Source of the DNA: Gemmatimonadales bacterium
GTDB taxonomy: Bacteria; Gemmatimonadota; Gemmatimonadetes; Gemmatimonadales; GWC2-71-9
Direction: 5' to 3'
Assembly (NCBI GenBank): GCA_035759745.1
Contig: DASTUF010000044.1
Span: 6,099 to 70,098, forward strand
DNA length: 64,000 nucleotides
The notes below the pieces were generated by a model, which saw only the letters and a list, made by a program, of their open reading frames with translations, was not told the DNA's origin and made no database searches. A program made the translations under genes and the position numbers. Below are positions 18,821-27,422 of the stretch, piece after piece (the stretch's first letter is position 1; every line of letters starts with the position of its first letter).

Positions 18821-21019
18821 ATGCGCATAATCCCAAGCGTCCTCGTACCGATGCTGATCGCCGCCGCGTTGGCAGCGACGGCGCGGAGCGCGGTGGCACA
18901 AGGCCCTGCAATCGACGCGCGCACTGCTTACGCCGCACTGCTTCATTCCCACTACCAGGTGGGCAGCGAGCCCGGTAGTCCCGAGGCCCGCTTCGACCGG
19001 GCGATGGCCCGGCTGGAACTCCATCGCCAGGGAGCCTTCTCGCGGCCGGGCGTGGGTGGAATGATCTCGGGCGAGGCGTACTACGCCGGGTTCGTTCGCG
19101 ATCTCGAGGGTGTGTTCGCGCTGGACAGCATGTTCCAGCCGGCGCTGGAGTTCCTTCCCGAGTTTCTTGCCCATCAGGGCGACCGCGAACAGTCACCCAT
19201 CCTGCTCGCCGCGCTGGCGCGCTATGCCCGCGATTCGGCGGCCCCACCCATTACCCACCTGGTGCTGGGCCGTGGTTACCGCACCGCGGGTAGCTACGAC
19301 AGCGCACTCTCCGCCTTCATAGCCTATGAGGAGGCAGGAGGGGACCCGGGTGTGGCCCGGCTCGAGGCCGCGCGCACGCTCGCGGGCCTGGGCCGGCTGG
19401 ACGGGGCGGCCGAGATGTACCTCGACGGGGCCTCCCAGCCGGGCGAGCCCACCCGGCTCTTCTACCGCAACGACCTCAAGTGGGTGGCCAGTGACGAAGA
19501 GCTGGCGCCCTTCGACTCGGTGCCGGCCGAGCGGCGCGCCGACTGGATCAAGCGGTTCTTCCAGCTGCGCGACGCCGAAGCCATTCGCCTTCCCGGCGAG
19601 CGACTGCGGGAGCACCTCCGCCGGTGGGACTACGTGCATCACCACTTCCGGGTGCCCAATCCCGGGCGATGGTCCCAGTTCGTGCAGGTATACGGCCGGG
19701 AGATCGCGCCCTGCATGCGCGGGCTGCCCGACGAACTGAACCTCCGGACTCTTGCCTTTGATCCGTCACGCCGCCATGACGCCCGCGAGGAGGAAGCGGT
19801 GCTGGACCACCGGGCAGTGATCTACATGCGCCACGGGCGGCCCAGCGCGGTGATGGTGCTCAACGGTGTGGCGTCGGACTCCCTGGACGTGCTGATGACG
19901 GAGCCGGGGCTGGCGTCTGATTCGGCGAGGATCGACAGGCTCCTCGGAGCGGACGTGGCGAACTCGGTCTGGGTCTACTGGTTCAGCGGCCGCCCCAGAA
20001 CATTCAGCTTCGGTGCCAGCATCCCCAATAGCCGGTGGGGCGGCAAGGTGCTGTCGCTGAGCAATCCCCCCGTCGCAGTGTTGCGATCGCTGGCTCAACT
20101 CGACCCGCTCTATGGGCGGGCCGCGCGGATGGCGGTGTCGCGCGCCGCCATGCCTTGGCGCCCGGCAGTGCCGACCGCGTGCATGCCCACCTTCTCCCGG
20201 CTCGCGATCCAGGTGGAGGAAGACGCGGTCGAAGGCGCTCACAGCGACAGCTACACCCTGACCTTCGAGTCATCGCTGGGCGCGGTGCTCCAGGCCGGAG
20301 CGGTCGGCGATCCTGCCAAGGGTACGGGGCGCCTGCTGCTGGTGTTCGCGGTGCCCACCGGGCGACTCACGGCCCGGCAGGCCGATGACGGCAAGCGTTA
20401 CGACCTCAGACTTCGGTTGACGGCAGTGAGTGATTCAGGTGAAGTGGTGCTGGCGCTCGATACGCTGCGCACCCTGGTCGCACCGGTGGCTCCGATCGAA
20501 GGCCAGTTCGTCACCTGGCTGATGGAGCTTCCGATGCCGGCCGGCACCTACGACATCCGCGCTGCACTGATGACGCCCGATGCGGCGGCCGGCGGGTTCC
20601 GGGAATGGGAGGGCGTTCGTTTCGGAACCACCGCCAGTGCCCCCGGGCTGAGCGACATGATCCTGGCGCGCGAGAGCAGCGGACTCACCTGGCAGAACGG
20701 CGGCGACCGGGTGGAACTCAACCCGCTGGATGCCTACGACGAGGGCGGCAATGCACTGGTGTACTACGAGGGCTTCAACCTGGTACCGGGCCGCCGCTAT
20801 CGGACGACACTCACGCTCGCACCCAGCGATGGCGACGACGATGACGGCGTGACGCTGCGCTTCACCGAAACCGCCGCTGGCACGTCGCAGCATTTCCGGC
20901 GCGGAATCGGTCTGCAGCAGCTCGACGACGGCCCCCATCGGCTGACGGTGACGTTGACTGACCTGAATTCGGGAGCAGAGGCTCGGCGAACGCGAGAAAT
21001 TCGCATTATCGAGAAGTAG
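18821..21019 (+). CDS. secreted protein, probable GWxTD-domain family
   Basis: Signal peptide MRIIPSVLVPMLIAAALAATARSAVAQ with GGGAGG upstream. ERRADWIKRFFQLRD...LDHRAVIYMRHGRPSAV resembles the FW..RD / GWxTDRG..Y..YG.P blocks of GWxTD proteins, but the motif is degenerate. Confidence 0.5.
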   Translation: MRIIPSVLVPMLIAAALAATARSAVAQGPAIDARTAYAALLHSHYQVGSEPGSPEARFDRAMARLELHRQGAFSRPGVGGMISGEAYYAGFVRDLEGVFALDSMFQPALEFLPEFLAHQGDREQSPILLAALARYARDSAAPPITHLVLGRGYRTAGSYDSALSAFIAYEEAGGDPGVARLEAARTLAGLGRLDGAAEMYLDGASQPGEPTRLFYRNDLKWVASDEELAPFDSVPAERRADWIKRFFQLRDAEAIRLPGERLREHLRRWDYVHHHFRVPNPGRWSQFVQVYGREIAPCMRGLPDELNLRTLAFDPSRRHDAREEEAVLDHRAVIYMRHGRPSAVMVLNGVASDSLDVLMTEPGLASDSARIDRLLGADVANSVWVYWFSGRPRTFSFGASIPNSRWGGKVLSLSNPPVAVLRSLAQLDPLYGRAARMAVSRAAMPWRPAVPTACMPTFSRLAIQVEEDAVEGAHSDSYTLTFESSLGAVLQAGAVGDPAKGTGRLLLVFAVPTGRLTARQADDGKRYDLRLRLTAVSDSGEVVLALDTLRTLVAPVAPIEGQFVTWLMELPMPAGTYDIRAALMTPDAAAGGFREWEGVRFGTTASAPGLSDMILARESSGLTWQNGGDRVELNPLDAYDEGGNALVYYEGFNLVPGRRYRTTLTLAPSDGDDDDGVTLRFTETAAGTSQHFRRGIGLQQLDDGPHRLTVTLTDLNSGAEARRTREIRIIEK

Positions 21020-21039
21020 TCACCGTACTCGCAGACGAT

Positions 21040-21090
21040 CAGGGCGCTCCCCTCCGGCAGATACGTGACCTGCCTGCGGGGAGCGCCCTG
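21040..21090. other. 13-bp perfect stem-loop between convergent genes
   Basis: CAGGGCGCTCCCC (21040-21052) pairs with GGGGAGCGCCCTG (21078-21090), with an inner GGCAG/CTGCC stem. There is no U-tract, so a terminator role is uncertain. Confidence 0.5.
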
Positions 21091-21217
21091 ACCGTCTGGC
21101 TTCCAAGGTCTGATGCCCCGGAGCGCCGGGTCGGGAGCGATGTCGCCGAAGGCGACACGTGCCGAGCAGCGGCTATTAGCCGCGTGCCCAAGCCAGGCTC
21201 GGGCCCCTTCGCTTCGC

Positions 21218-22291
21218 TCAGGGTGACGACTGCCCTACCGCCTCGACTTTTATCGCCGCCGTCGGACAATCGCTCACATAGGGCGCTGACACCGGGCCCC
21301 ACTCGTGCGACTCCTGGACCACCACCGCCTTGTCGCCTTCCATCCGGAACACCGCCGGCGCGCGGGTGGCGCAGAGGCGGCAGCCGATGCAGAGCTCCTG
21401 GTCCACCCGCACGGTGACATTGCGACGCGGGTGGAGCCCGCCGCCGAGTTGGTCCAGCGGCGTCGTGAGCGAGTCCAGGGCCTCGAGCGTGGCCCGATGG
21501 CCCTCGGCCACGAGCGATGCAGTCCGGTTGAACGCGAACATAGGTACACTGGAAACCCTGGGCTCGATCAGCAGCAGCGGCGGGCCGTGCCAGCCCCGGA
21601 GATTGCCCTCGATCTGCGACTGCATCACTATCTCGAGACCCCGGGTGTACGTGGCGGCGAAGCCGGTAGTCTCAGCCTCGGTCCGGACCGTCCCCATGGC
21701 GGTGAGATTCACGGCTATGACCGGATCGGGACTGAGGACACCGGCCAACCGGACCGCCAGGTTCTCGATCACCGCGCCGTCCACGTAGGTGCGATCCCCG
21801 ATGGTCCTGGGCGGGAACATCCCCGGCAGGGCGCACGAGGCATAGACGGCATCGCGGACCCGGGCATCGCGACGCCCGACCATGCCCCAGAACACCTGGC
21901 GCCCGGCGTGCAGGTCTACCGTGTTCACCAGCAGCGGCCGCCAGAGGTCGTCGAAGCGGACATCGCCGATGAGGCTGGTGATCAGTTCATCGAGCGGTTC
22001 GCGCCGGTAGATCGCCGGGCTGTTCATCCGCCGCAGCGCCATGTCCACATGCGCCACCTGGAACACGTGCTTCCGGCGGACCAGTCGCGCGCGGGCTTCC
22101 ATCTCGCGAATCGGCATCCCGCTGGCCCATGCGCCCGCGATCAGCGCGCCCATGCTGGTGCCGATGCTGAGCGCCACCGACACACCGCGTTCCTCCAGCG
22201 CGCGAAAGACCCCGATGTGGGCCAGGCCCTTGAGCCCGCCACCGCCGAGAACCAGCGTGACGCGCAGCCCGCTTGTGGTATGTGAGGACAT
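21218..22291 (-). CDS. patatin-like phospholipase fused to a C-terminal single-cluster ferredoxin domain
   Basis: N-terminus LGGGGLKGLAHIGV (oxyanion GGGxxG) and GTSMG (GxSxG nucleophile). The C-terminal ~60 aa, VRVDQELCIGCRLCATRAPAVFRMEGDKAVVVQ...CPTAAIKVE, show the CxxCxxC...CP ferredoxin pattern. Confidence 0.8.
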   Translation of the reverse strand: MSSHTTSGLRVTLVLGGGGLKGLAHIGVFRALEERGVSVALSIGTSMGALIAGAWASGMPIREMEARARLVRRKHVFQVAHVDMALRRMNSPAIYRREPLDELITSLIGDVRFDDLWRPLLVNTVDLHAGRQVFWGMVGRRDARVRDAVYASCALPGMFPPRTIGDRTYVDGAVIENLAVRLAGVLSPDPVIAVNLTAMGTVRTEAETTGFAATYTRGLEIVMQSQIEGNLRGWHGPPLLLIEPRVSSVPMFAFNRTASLVAEGHRATLEALDSLTTPLDQLGGGLHPRRNVTVRVDQELCIGCRLCATRAPAVFRMEGDKAVVVQESHEWGPVSAPYVSDCPTAAIKVEAVGQSSP

Positions 22292-22310
22292 GCGGGTAAG
22301 CTAATCCGGA

Positions 22311-23153
22311 ATGGCCTCCCCGCTCGCGTCCCGGCTTGCCCGCGATCGCTTCTTTCAGTTCGGCCTCGCGCTCGTGGCCGTGGTCGTGCTGGCAGCGCTG
22401 CTCGCGCCCTGGCTGGCACCGCATGACCCGTACACCGGCGACCTCGCGAATGCCTATCTGACGAGCCCGGATGGCACCTATCCGCTGGGCACCGACACCC
22501 AGGGAAGAGACGTGCTGAGCCGGGTGCTCTACGGCGCACGCATTTCCGTCGCGGTCGGCCTCATCAGCCAGACGGTCGCGGTGCTGCTGGGCGTGACGCT
22601 TGGGCTGGTCGCGGGTTACTACGGACGCTGGGTGGACACGCTGGTGATGCGGCTGGCCGACATCACGCTCGCGTTTCCCACGCTGCTGCTGCTGATCGCG
22701 GTGGCAGCCGCGGTGAAGCCGTCGCTCCCGGTGATCTTCCTGGTGATCGGCGCGGTGGGCTGGGCCGCGATGGCGCGCATCGTCCGCAGCCAGGTGCTGG
22801 CGCTCAAGCACACCGAGTTCGTCACCGCCGCCGAAGCGCTGGGCGCGCGCGGCACCCGGATCCTCACCCGGCACCTCCTGCCCAACGTGCGGGCCCAGGT
22901 GATCATCGCCGCGACGCTCGGCATCGGCAGCGCCATCATGGCCGAGGCGGCGCTCTCGTTTGTCGGCCTCGGCGCCCAGCCGCCGACTCCCAGCTGGGGC
23001 GCCATGGTGGCCGACGGCCGGGACCTCCTCCGCACCGCGCCGTGGGTGTCGTTCGCACCCGGCATCGCGATCGGGCTGGCAGTGCTGGGATTCAATGTGG
23101 TGGGCGAGGTGTTGAGAGAGGTGTATGACCCGCGACTGCGGGAGAGAGACTGA
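22311..23153 (+). CDS. dppC: peptide/nickel ABC transporter permease (DppC/OppC type)
   Basis: LLAPWLAPHDPY N-terminal motif, and an EAA-loop region (EFVTAAEALGARGTRILTRHLLPN). No partner ABC genes are adjacent. Confidence 0.85.
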   Translation: MASPLASRLARDRFFQFGLALVAVVVLAALLAPWLAPHDPYTGDLANAYLTSPDGTYPLGTDTQGRDVLSRVLYGARISVAVGLISQTVAVLLGVTLGLVAGYYGRWVDTLVMRLADITLAFPTLLLLIAVAAAVKPSLPVIFLVIGAVGWAAMARIVRSQVLALKHTEFVTAAEALGARGTRILTRHLLPNVRAQVIIAATLGIGSAIMAEAALSFVGLGAQPPTPSWGAMVADGRDLLRTAPWVSFAPGIAIGLAVLGFNVVGEVLREVYDPRLRERD

Positions 23154-23250
23154 AAGTGGGAAGTGGGAAGTGGGGAGTGGGGAGTGGGTTAGATTCCTCC
23201 TTCCACTTTCCACTTTCCACTTTCCACTTCCCACTTCCCACTTCCCACTC
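23154..23250. repeat. long hairpin with tandem GGGAAGT heptamer arms
   Basis: aagtgggaagtgggaagtggggagtggggagtggg - ttagattcc - tccttccactttccactttccactttccacttcccacttcccacttcccactc. It begins 1 nt after the dppC TGA and ends 11 nt before the TTG start of the next gene. Confidence 0.8.
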
Positions 23251-23261
23251 TGAGCCACAGC

Positions 23262-24407
23262 TTGCAACTCAACGAACTCCGGCGCACCGAGTTCCCCGGT
23301 CTGGCCTCCCGCATCTACCTCAACAGCGCCAGCGTGGGGCCGTTGCCGTTGCGGAGTCAGCGGGAACTGGAGCGCTGGAGTGATCGCCGCGGTCGCCCGT
23401 GGGAGATCTCGGATGCCGAACAATTCGAGACGATGGCCACGGCGCGGGAGCGCTCGGCAGCCCTGATCGGCGCCTCCCCCGAGGAGATGGCGGTCACGAC
23501 CAACACCTCCTTCGGATTGAGCCTCGCCGCCGCCGGCTTGCCGCTCGAGCGCGGCGACGTGGTGCTCTTCTCGGCGCGGGAGTTTCCCGCCAACGCCTAC
23601 CCGTGGCTCGCCCTCAAGGAACGCGGTGTGCTCGCTGAGGTGGCGCCGCCGACGCCCGAGGGCTGGCCCGACGAGGACTATCTGGTCGAGCGGCAGCAGG
23701 ATCCCCGGGTGAAAGTGCTGGCGGTGTCGCTGGCCCAGTTCAGCAACGGTTACGCGGTGGATCTGGCCCGGCTCTCCGCCGCCACCCGCGTCAGCGGGAC
23801 GCTGCTGGTGGTGGACGCGATCCAGGGCCTGGGCGCGATGCCGGTGGATGTCGGCGCCACCCCGGTGGACGTGCTGTCGTGCGGTGGGCAGAAGTGGCTA
23901 ATGTCGCCGTGGGGGAGCGGCTTCACCTACGTGCGCAGCCAGGTGCAGGAGCAGCTTCGTCCCGCAATGATCGGCTGGCTGGCCTACGAAGGGACCGAGG
24001 ACTTCACCCGGCTGACCCGATACGGCGACCAGCTCCACCACGACGCCCGCAAGTACGAGCTGGGCACGCTGCCGTACCAGGACATCGCAGCGATGAACGT
24101 CTCGCTCGAACTGGTGTCGCAGATCGGCGTTCCCGCCATCCAGGTGCAGATTGCGAAGTGCCAGGCGCCGTTGCTGGACTGGGCCACGCGCCGCAATGTG
24201 CGCGTGACCTCGCCCGTGGGACCCAGGTCGTCGGCGATTCTGTGCCTCGCGCCGCCCGATGCGCCCGGCATGCACCGCAAGTTGGCCGACGCCGGCGTCA
24301 CCTGCTCCCTGCGCGAGGGCAGCCTCCGCTTCGCTCCGCACTGGTTCAATACGGTGGAGGAGGTGGAGCGAGTGGTGGAGGTACTCGAGTCGAGAGTTAA
24401 GAGTTGA
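23262..24407 (+). CDS. aminotransferase class V (cysteine desulfurase/selenocysteine lyase-like)
   Basis: FPGL...IYLNSASVGPLP N-terminus. SCGGQKWLMSPWGSG contains the PLP-lysine region. TTG start. Confidence 0.8.
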   Translation: MQLNELRRTEFPGLASRIYLNSASVGPLPLRSQRELERWSDRRGRPWEISDAEQFETMATARERSAALIGASPEEMAVTTNTSFGLSLAAAGLPLERGDVVLFSAREFPANAYPWLALKERGVLAEVAPPTPEGWPDEDYLVERQQDPRVKVLAVSLAQFSNGYAVDLARLSAATRVSGTLLVVDAIQGLGAMPVDVGATPVDVLSCGGQKWLMSPWGSGFTYVRSQVQEQLRPAMIGWLAYEGTEDFTRLTRYGDQLHHDARKYELGTLPYQDIAAMNVSLELVSQIGVPAIQVQIAKCQAPLLDWATRRNVRVTSPVGPRSSAILCLAPPDAPGMHRKLADAGVTCSLREGSLRFAPHWFNTVEEVERVVEVLESRVKS

Positions 24408-24470
24408 GAGTCAAGAGTTACTCTCATCTCTCATCTCTCGGCTCTTAACTCTCAACTCTCAACTCTCGAT
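24386..24470. repeat. long hairpin with tandem GAGAGTT-type heptamer arms
   Basis: cgagtcgagagttaagagttgagagtcaagag / ctcttaactctcaactctcaactctcga. By my alignment about 26 of 28 positions pair. The loop holds ctctcat ctctcat. The left arm encodes the last 7 codons and TGA of the aminotransferase. The right arm ends 2 nt before ATG 24471. Confidence 0.8.
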
Positions 24471-26027
24471 ATGACCAACTTCGCCACTGCGCTAGAAGCA
24501 GGTTACGGCTTCCCCGACGACTCGCTGGTGCTGGGCGCCGCGCTCGAAGGCGAGACGCTCCACCAGGAGCCGATGGTGCGATTCCCGCTGGCGATGCTCA
24601 ACCGGCATGGCCTCGTGGCCGGAGCCACCGGCACCGGCAAAACCCGCACTCTCCAGCTGATGGCGGAGCAGCTGTCCGCGAAGGGCGTTCCGGTGTTCGT
24701 CGCGGACATCAAGGGCGACCTTCAGGGCCTGGCGGTGCCGGGCGAGAGCAGTGACAAGCTCAGGGCGCGGGCCGACTCGATGGCTTATGCCTGGACGCCT
24801 GGCGGATCGCCGGTGGAATTCGTGAGCCTCTCCGGCGCAATGGGTGCGCAACTGCGCGCCACGGTGAGCGGGTTCGGCCCCCTGCTGCTGGCACGGCTGC
24901 TGGACCTGAACGACACCCAGTCGGGCGTGCTCGCGATGGTGTTCAAGTACTGCGACGACCGCGGTCTGCTGCTGCTGGACTTCGCCGACCTGCGGAGCGT
25001 GCTGCAGTTCCTGACGTCGGACGAGGCGAAGGACGAACTCAAGGACTACGGCTCGATGTCGCGCCAGACGGTGGGCGTGCTGCTGCGCAACATGATCGCG
25101 CTGGAGGCCCAGGGCGCCGAGAAGTTCTTCGGCGAGCCTGCCTTCGACATCAACGACCTGCTGGTGACCACGAAGGGCGGCAAAGGCGTCATCACCTGCC
25201 TCGAGCTGGCGGACGTGCGCGACAAGCCCGCGCTGTTCTCGACCTTCATGATGTGGCTGCTGGCTGAGCTGTACCGCAACCTGCCCGAGGAGGGCGACCT
25301 CCCGAAGCCCAAGCTGGTCTTCTTTTTCGACGAGGCGCACCTGCTGTTCGACCAGGCTCCCAAGGCGCTGCGCGACCAGATCGAGCAGGTGATCCGGCTG
25401 ATTCGCTCGAAAGGCGTCGGCGTCTTCTTCGTGACCCAGACGCCGAAGGACGTGCCCAACGACGTGCTGGCCCAGCTGGGCAACCGGGTGCAGCACGCCC
25501 TCCGGGCGCACACGCCCGACGATGAGGCCGCGCTCCGCGCCACCGCGCGCACGTACCCCAGGACGGAGTACTACGACCTGGAAGAGACGCTGACGATGCT
25601 GGGCGTGGGTGAGGCGGTGGTGAGCGGGCTGGATCCCGGGGGACGGCCGGCACCGGTCGTCGCGTGCCGGCTGGTGCCGCCAATCGGCCGGATGGACACT
25701 CTCACACCCGATGAGTTCAAGGTGGAGCTGGCCCAGTCGGACCTGATGCGGGAGTACGCGACCCCGCTGGACCGCGAGAGCGCGCACGAGATGCTGGCGA
25801 AGCGCATGGAAGCGGCAGCAGCGGTAGCGGAAGAGGCGGGCGAGGACGCCGCCGAGAAGCCGAAGAAGCGCGCCTCGCGGCGGCAGAGCACTGCGGAAAC
25901 GGTGACCAAGCGGGTACTGGGCGCCGTCGGCACCCAGGTGGGTCGTGCGATTGCTCGCGGGGTACTGGGTGTTTTCGGATTGAGCACGACCGGAAGGCGG
26001 ACGAGACGGACGCGAAGCTGGTTCTGA
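24471..26027 (+). CDS. DUF853-family (YjgR/HerA-like) P-loop ATPase
   Basis: LNRHGLVAGATGTGKTRTLQ (Walker A), LVFFFDEAHLLF (Walker B), and a basic C-terminal tail. Confidence 0.8.
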   Translation: MTNFATALEAGYGFPDDSLVLGAALEGETLHQEPMVRFPLAMLNRHGLVAGATGTGKTRTLQLMAEQLSAKGVPVFVADIKGDLQGLAVPGESSDKLRARADSMAYAWTPGGSPVEFVSLSGAMGAQLRATVSGFGPLLLARLLDLNDTQSGVLAMVFKYCDDRGLLLLDFADLRSVLQFLTSDEAKDELKDYGSMSRQTVGVLLRNMIALEAQGAEKFFGEPAFDINDLLVTTKGGKGVITCLELADVRDKPALFSTFMMWLLAELYRNLPEEGDLPKPKLVFFFDEAHLLFDQAPKALRDQIEQVIRLIRSKGVGVFFVTQTPKDVPNDVLAQLGNRVQHALRAHTPDDEAALRATARTYPRTEYYDLEETLTMLGVGEAVVSGLDPGGRPAPVVACRLVPPIGRMDTLTPDEFKVELAQSDLMREYATPLDRESAHEMLAKRMEAAAAVAEEAGEDAAEKPKKRASRRQSTAETVTKRVLGAVGTQVGRAIARGVLGVFGLSTTGRRTRRTRSWF

Positions 26028-26164
26028 CGGACAACCCCACGGCGCGAAGCGCGACCACCGACGCCCCCCATCCGTGCGCTTCGCCGCTCGCCCCTCTGCC
26101 TCCCTCCGGCGCCAAAGGCCGGCGGGCTGGCCCCCTTCGGCCGAAGCAATGCGGCGACCCCGTT

Positions 26165-26214
26165 GGGGGCGCCCGCCGAGCCACGCCGCCTGCGGGAGGC
26201 AGCGGGGCTCGCGG
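26165..26214. repeat. REP-like ~50-bp imperfect-hairpin element, copy 1
   Basis: gggggcgcccgccgagccacgccgcctgcgggaggcagcggggctcgcgg. Its reverse complement recurs at 47478-47526 with one mismatch over the ~42-nt core. Confidence 0.7.
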
Positions 26215-26229
26215 TGGAATGCTCTGGCG

Positions 26230-27417
26230 CTACTCTCTCGCCAAACCCTGGTGCACGCTCCCCGCAATCTCCCTCAGCTCCGCGACCGCGCGGTCCCAGT
26301 TGAAGTACTGCTCCACCGCAGCCCGGCCGGCCGCACCCAGCCGCTTCGCACGCGCCGGATCATCTACCAGTGCGGCGATCGCCTCCACCAGCGGGCCGAC
26401 ACGTTCGGGATCCACCAGCAGCCCGGTCTCGCCGTCATGCACCATCTCCGGGATGCCTCCGCTCCGCCCCGCGATCACCGGCAGCCCGCTCGCTGCCGCC
26501 TCCGCGATCGCGATCCCGAATCCTTCCACCCGCCTGCCTTCCCGGCGGGAGACGCCCAGATAGATGTCGGCCGCGGTGTAGAGGCCAGGCAGTTCGGCGT
26601 CGGGAATGTCGGGCGCGAACGTCACCCGGTCGCCCACGCCGTGCGCGTCTGCCAGGCGGCGCAATGCCTCGGTGTGCGCGCCGGCACCGGCCACCGCATA
26701 CCGGATCATCGGATAGCGCTGCTTCAACGCGGCCAGAGCGCGGAGCACCGTGTCCACACCCTTGTGCGGCGCGCTGCCGCCCACCGTCAGGAGCCAGGTG
26801 CCGTCAGTCATCCCCAGCCGGCGGCGAAGCGCTTCATTGTCCACGCCGGGATGGAACAGAGCGGGATCAGCGCCCAGCGGCACCACCTGCACCGGGAGCT
26901 TTGACGCATTCACCTCCAGTTCGCCCATGAGCCCGAGGCACTGATCGCGGGTCCACTCACTCACCGCCACTACTGCGGCCGCCGACTGGAAGAGCCCCTG
27001 CACCGCCCGGCGTTGCCCCGGCAACCGCTGCATCTGGTGCCGCAGTGCCAGCACGTCGGCGCCGTACACCAGCAGGCCGTACGGCGTTCCCAGCCGCTCG
27101 CGGACCCACCGCGCCACATAGCCGGCGGGCTTGAGGTGGCCGCTCCACACGAAGTCCACCCTGGCCGAGCGCGCGAGCGACGTGGCGCGGCGGGACCAGA
27201 GCAGCAAGCCCGGCAGCGTGCGCAGCTGCCGAGGCGACAGCGGGAGCCGATCGACTTCGGCAGCGATGCCTTCCGCGCTGGCGGGACCGGCTCGCTCGCT
27301 GCCGGTGGAGACCACCAGCGATCCAGCGGGATAGCGCCGGGCGATCTCGCCCATGACGCGTGCGACACCGCCCCGCGCGGGCGGAAACTCGTGCGCCAGC
27401 AACAGGGAGGTGGGCAT
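26230..27417 (-). CDS. glycosyltransferase family 4
   Basis: MPTSLLLAHEFPPARGGVARVM N-terminus and EGFGIAIAEAAASGLPVIAGRSGGIPE (GT4 E-x7-E region). Confidence 0.85.
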   Translation of the reverse strand: MPTSLLLAHEFPPARGGVARVMGEIARRYPAGSLVVSTGSERAGPASAEGIAAEVDRLPLSPRQLRTLPGLLLWSRRATSLARSARVDFVWSGHLKPAGYVARWVRERLGTPYGLLVYGADVLALRHQMQRLPGQRRAVQGLFQSAAAVVAVSEWTRDQCLGLMGELEVNASKLPVQVVPLGADPALFHPGVDNEALRRRLGMTDGTWLLTVGGSAPHKGVDTVLRALAALKQRYPMIRYAVAGAGAHTEALRRLADAHGVGDRVTFAPDIPDAELPGLYTAADIYLGVSRREGRRVEGFGIAIAEAAASGLPVIAGRSGGIPEMVHDGETGLLVDPERVGPLVEAIAALVDDPARAKRLGAAGRAAVEQYFNWDRAVAELREIAGSVHQGLARE

Positions 27418-27422
27418 GGGCC

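Noticed and set aside
24492-26267. A 591-aa minus-strand ORF, and similar long ORFs at 7595..9214, 6345..7805, 36529..38217, 27360..28934, 41506..42972 and 62511..63902
   Set aside because: All are antisense to well-supported genes (DUF853, wzm/wzt, GT2, fmt/thiE, the PglZ regulator, tsaD, dacB). Their composition is Arg/Gly/Pro-dominated and they have no recognisable domains.
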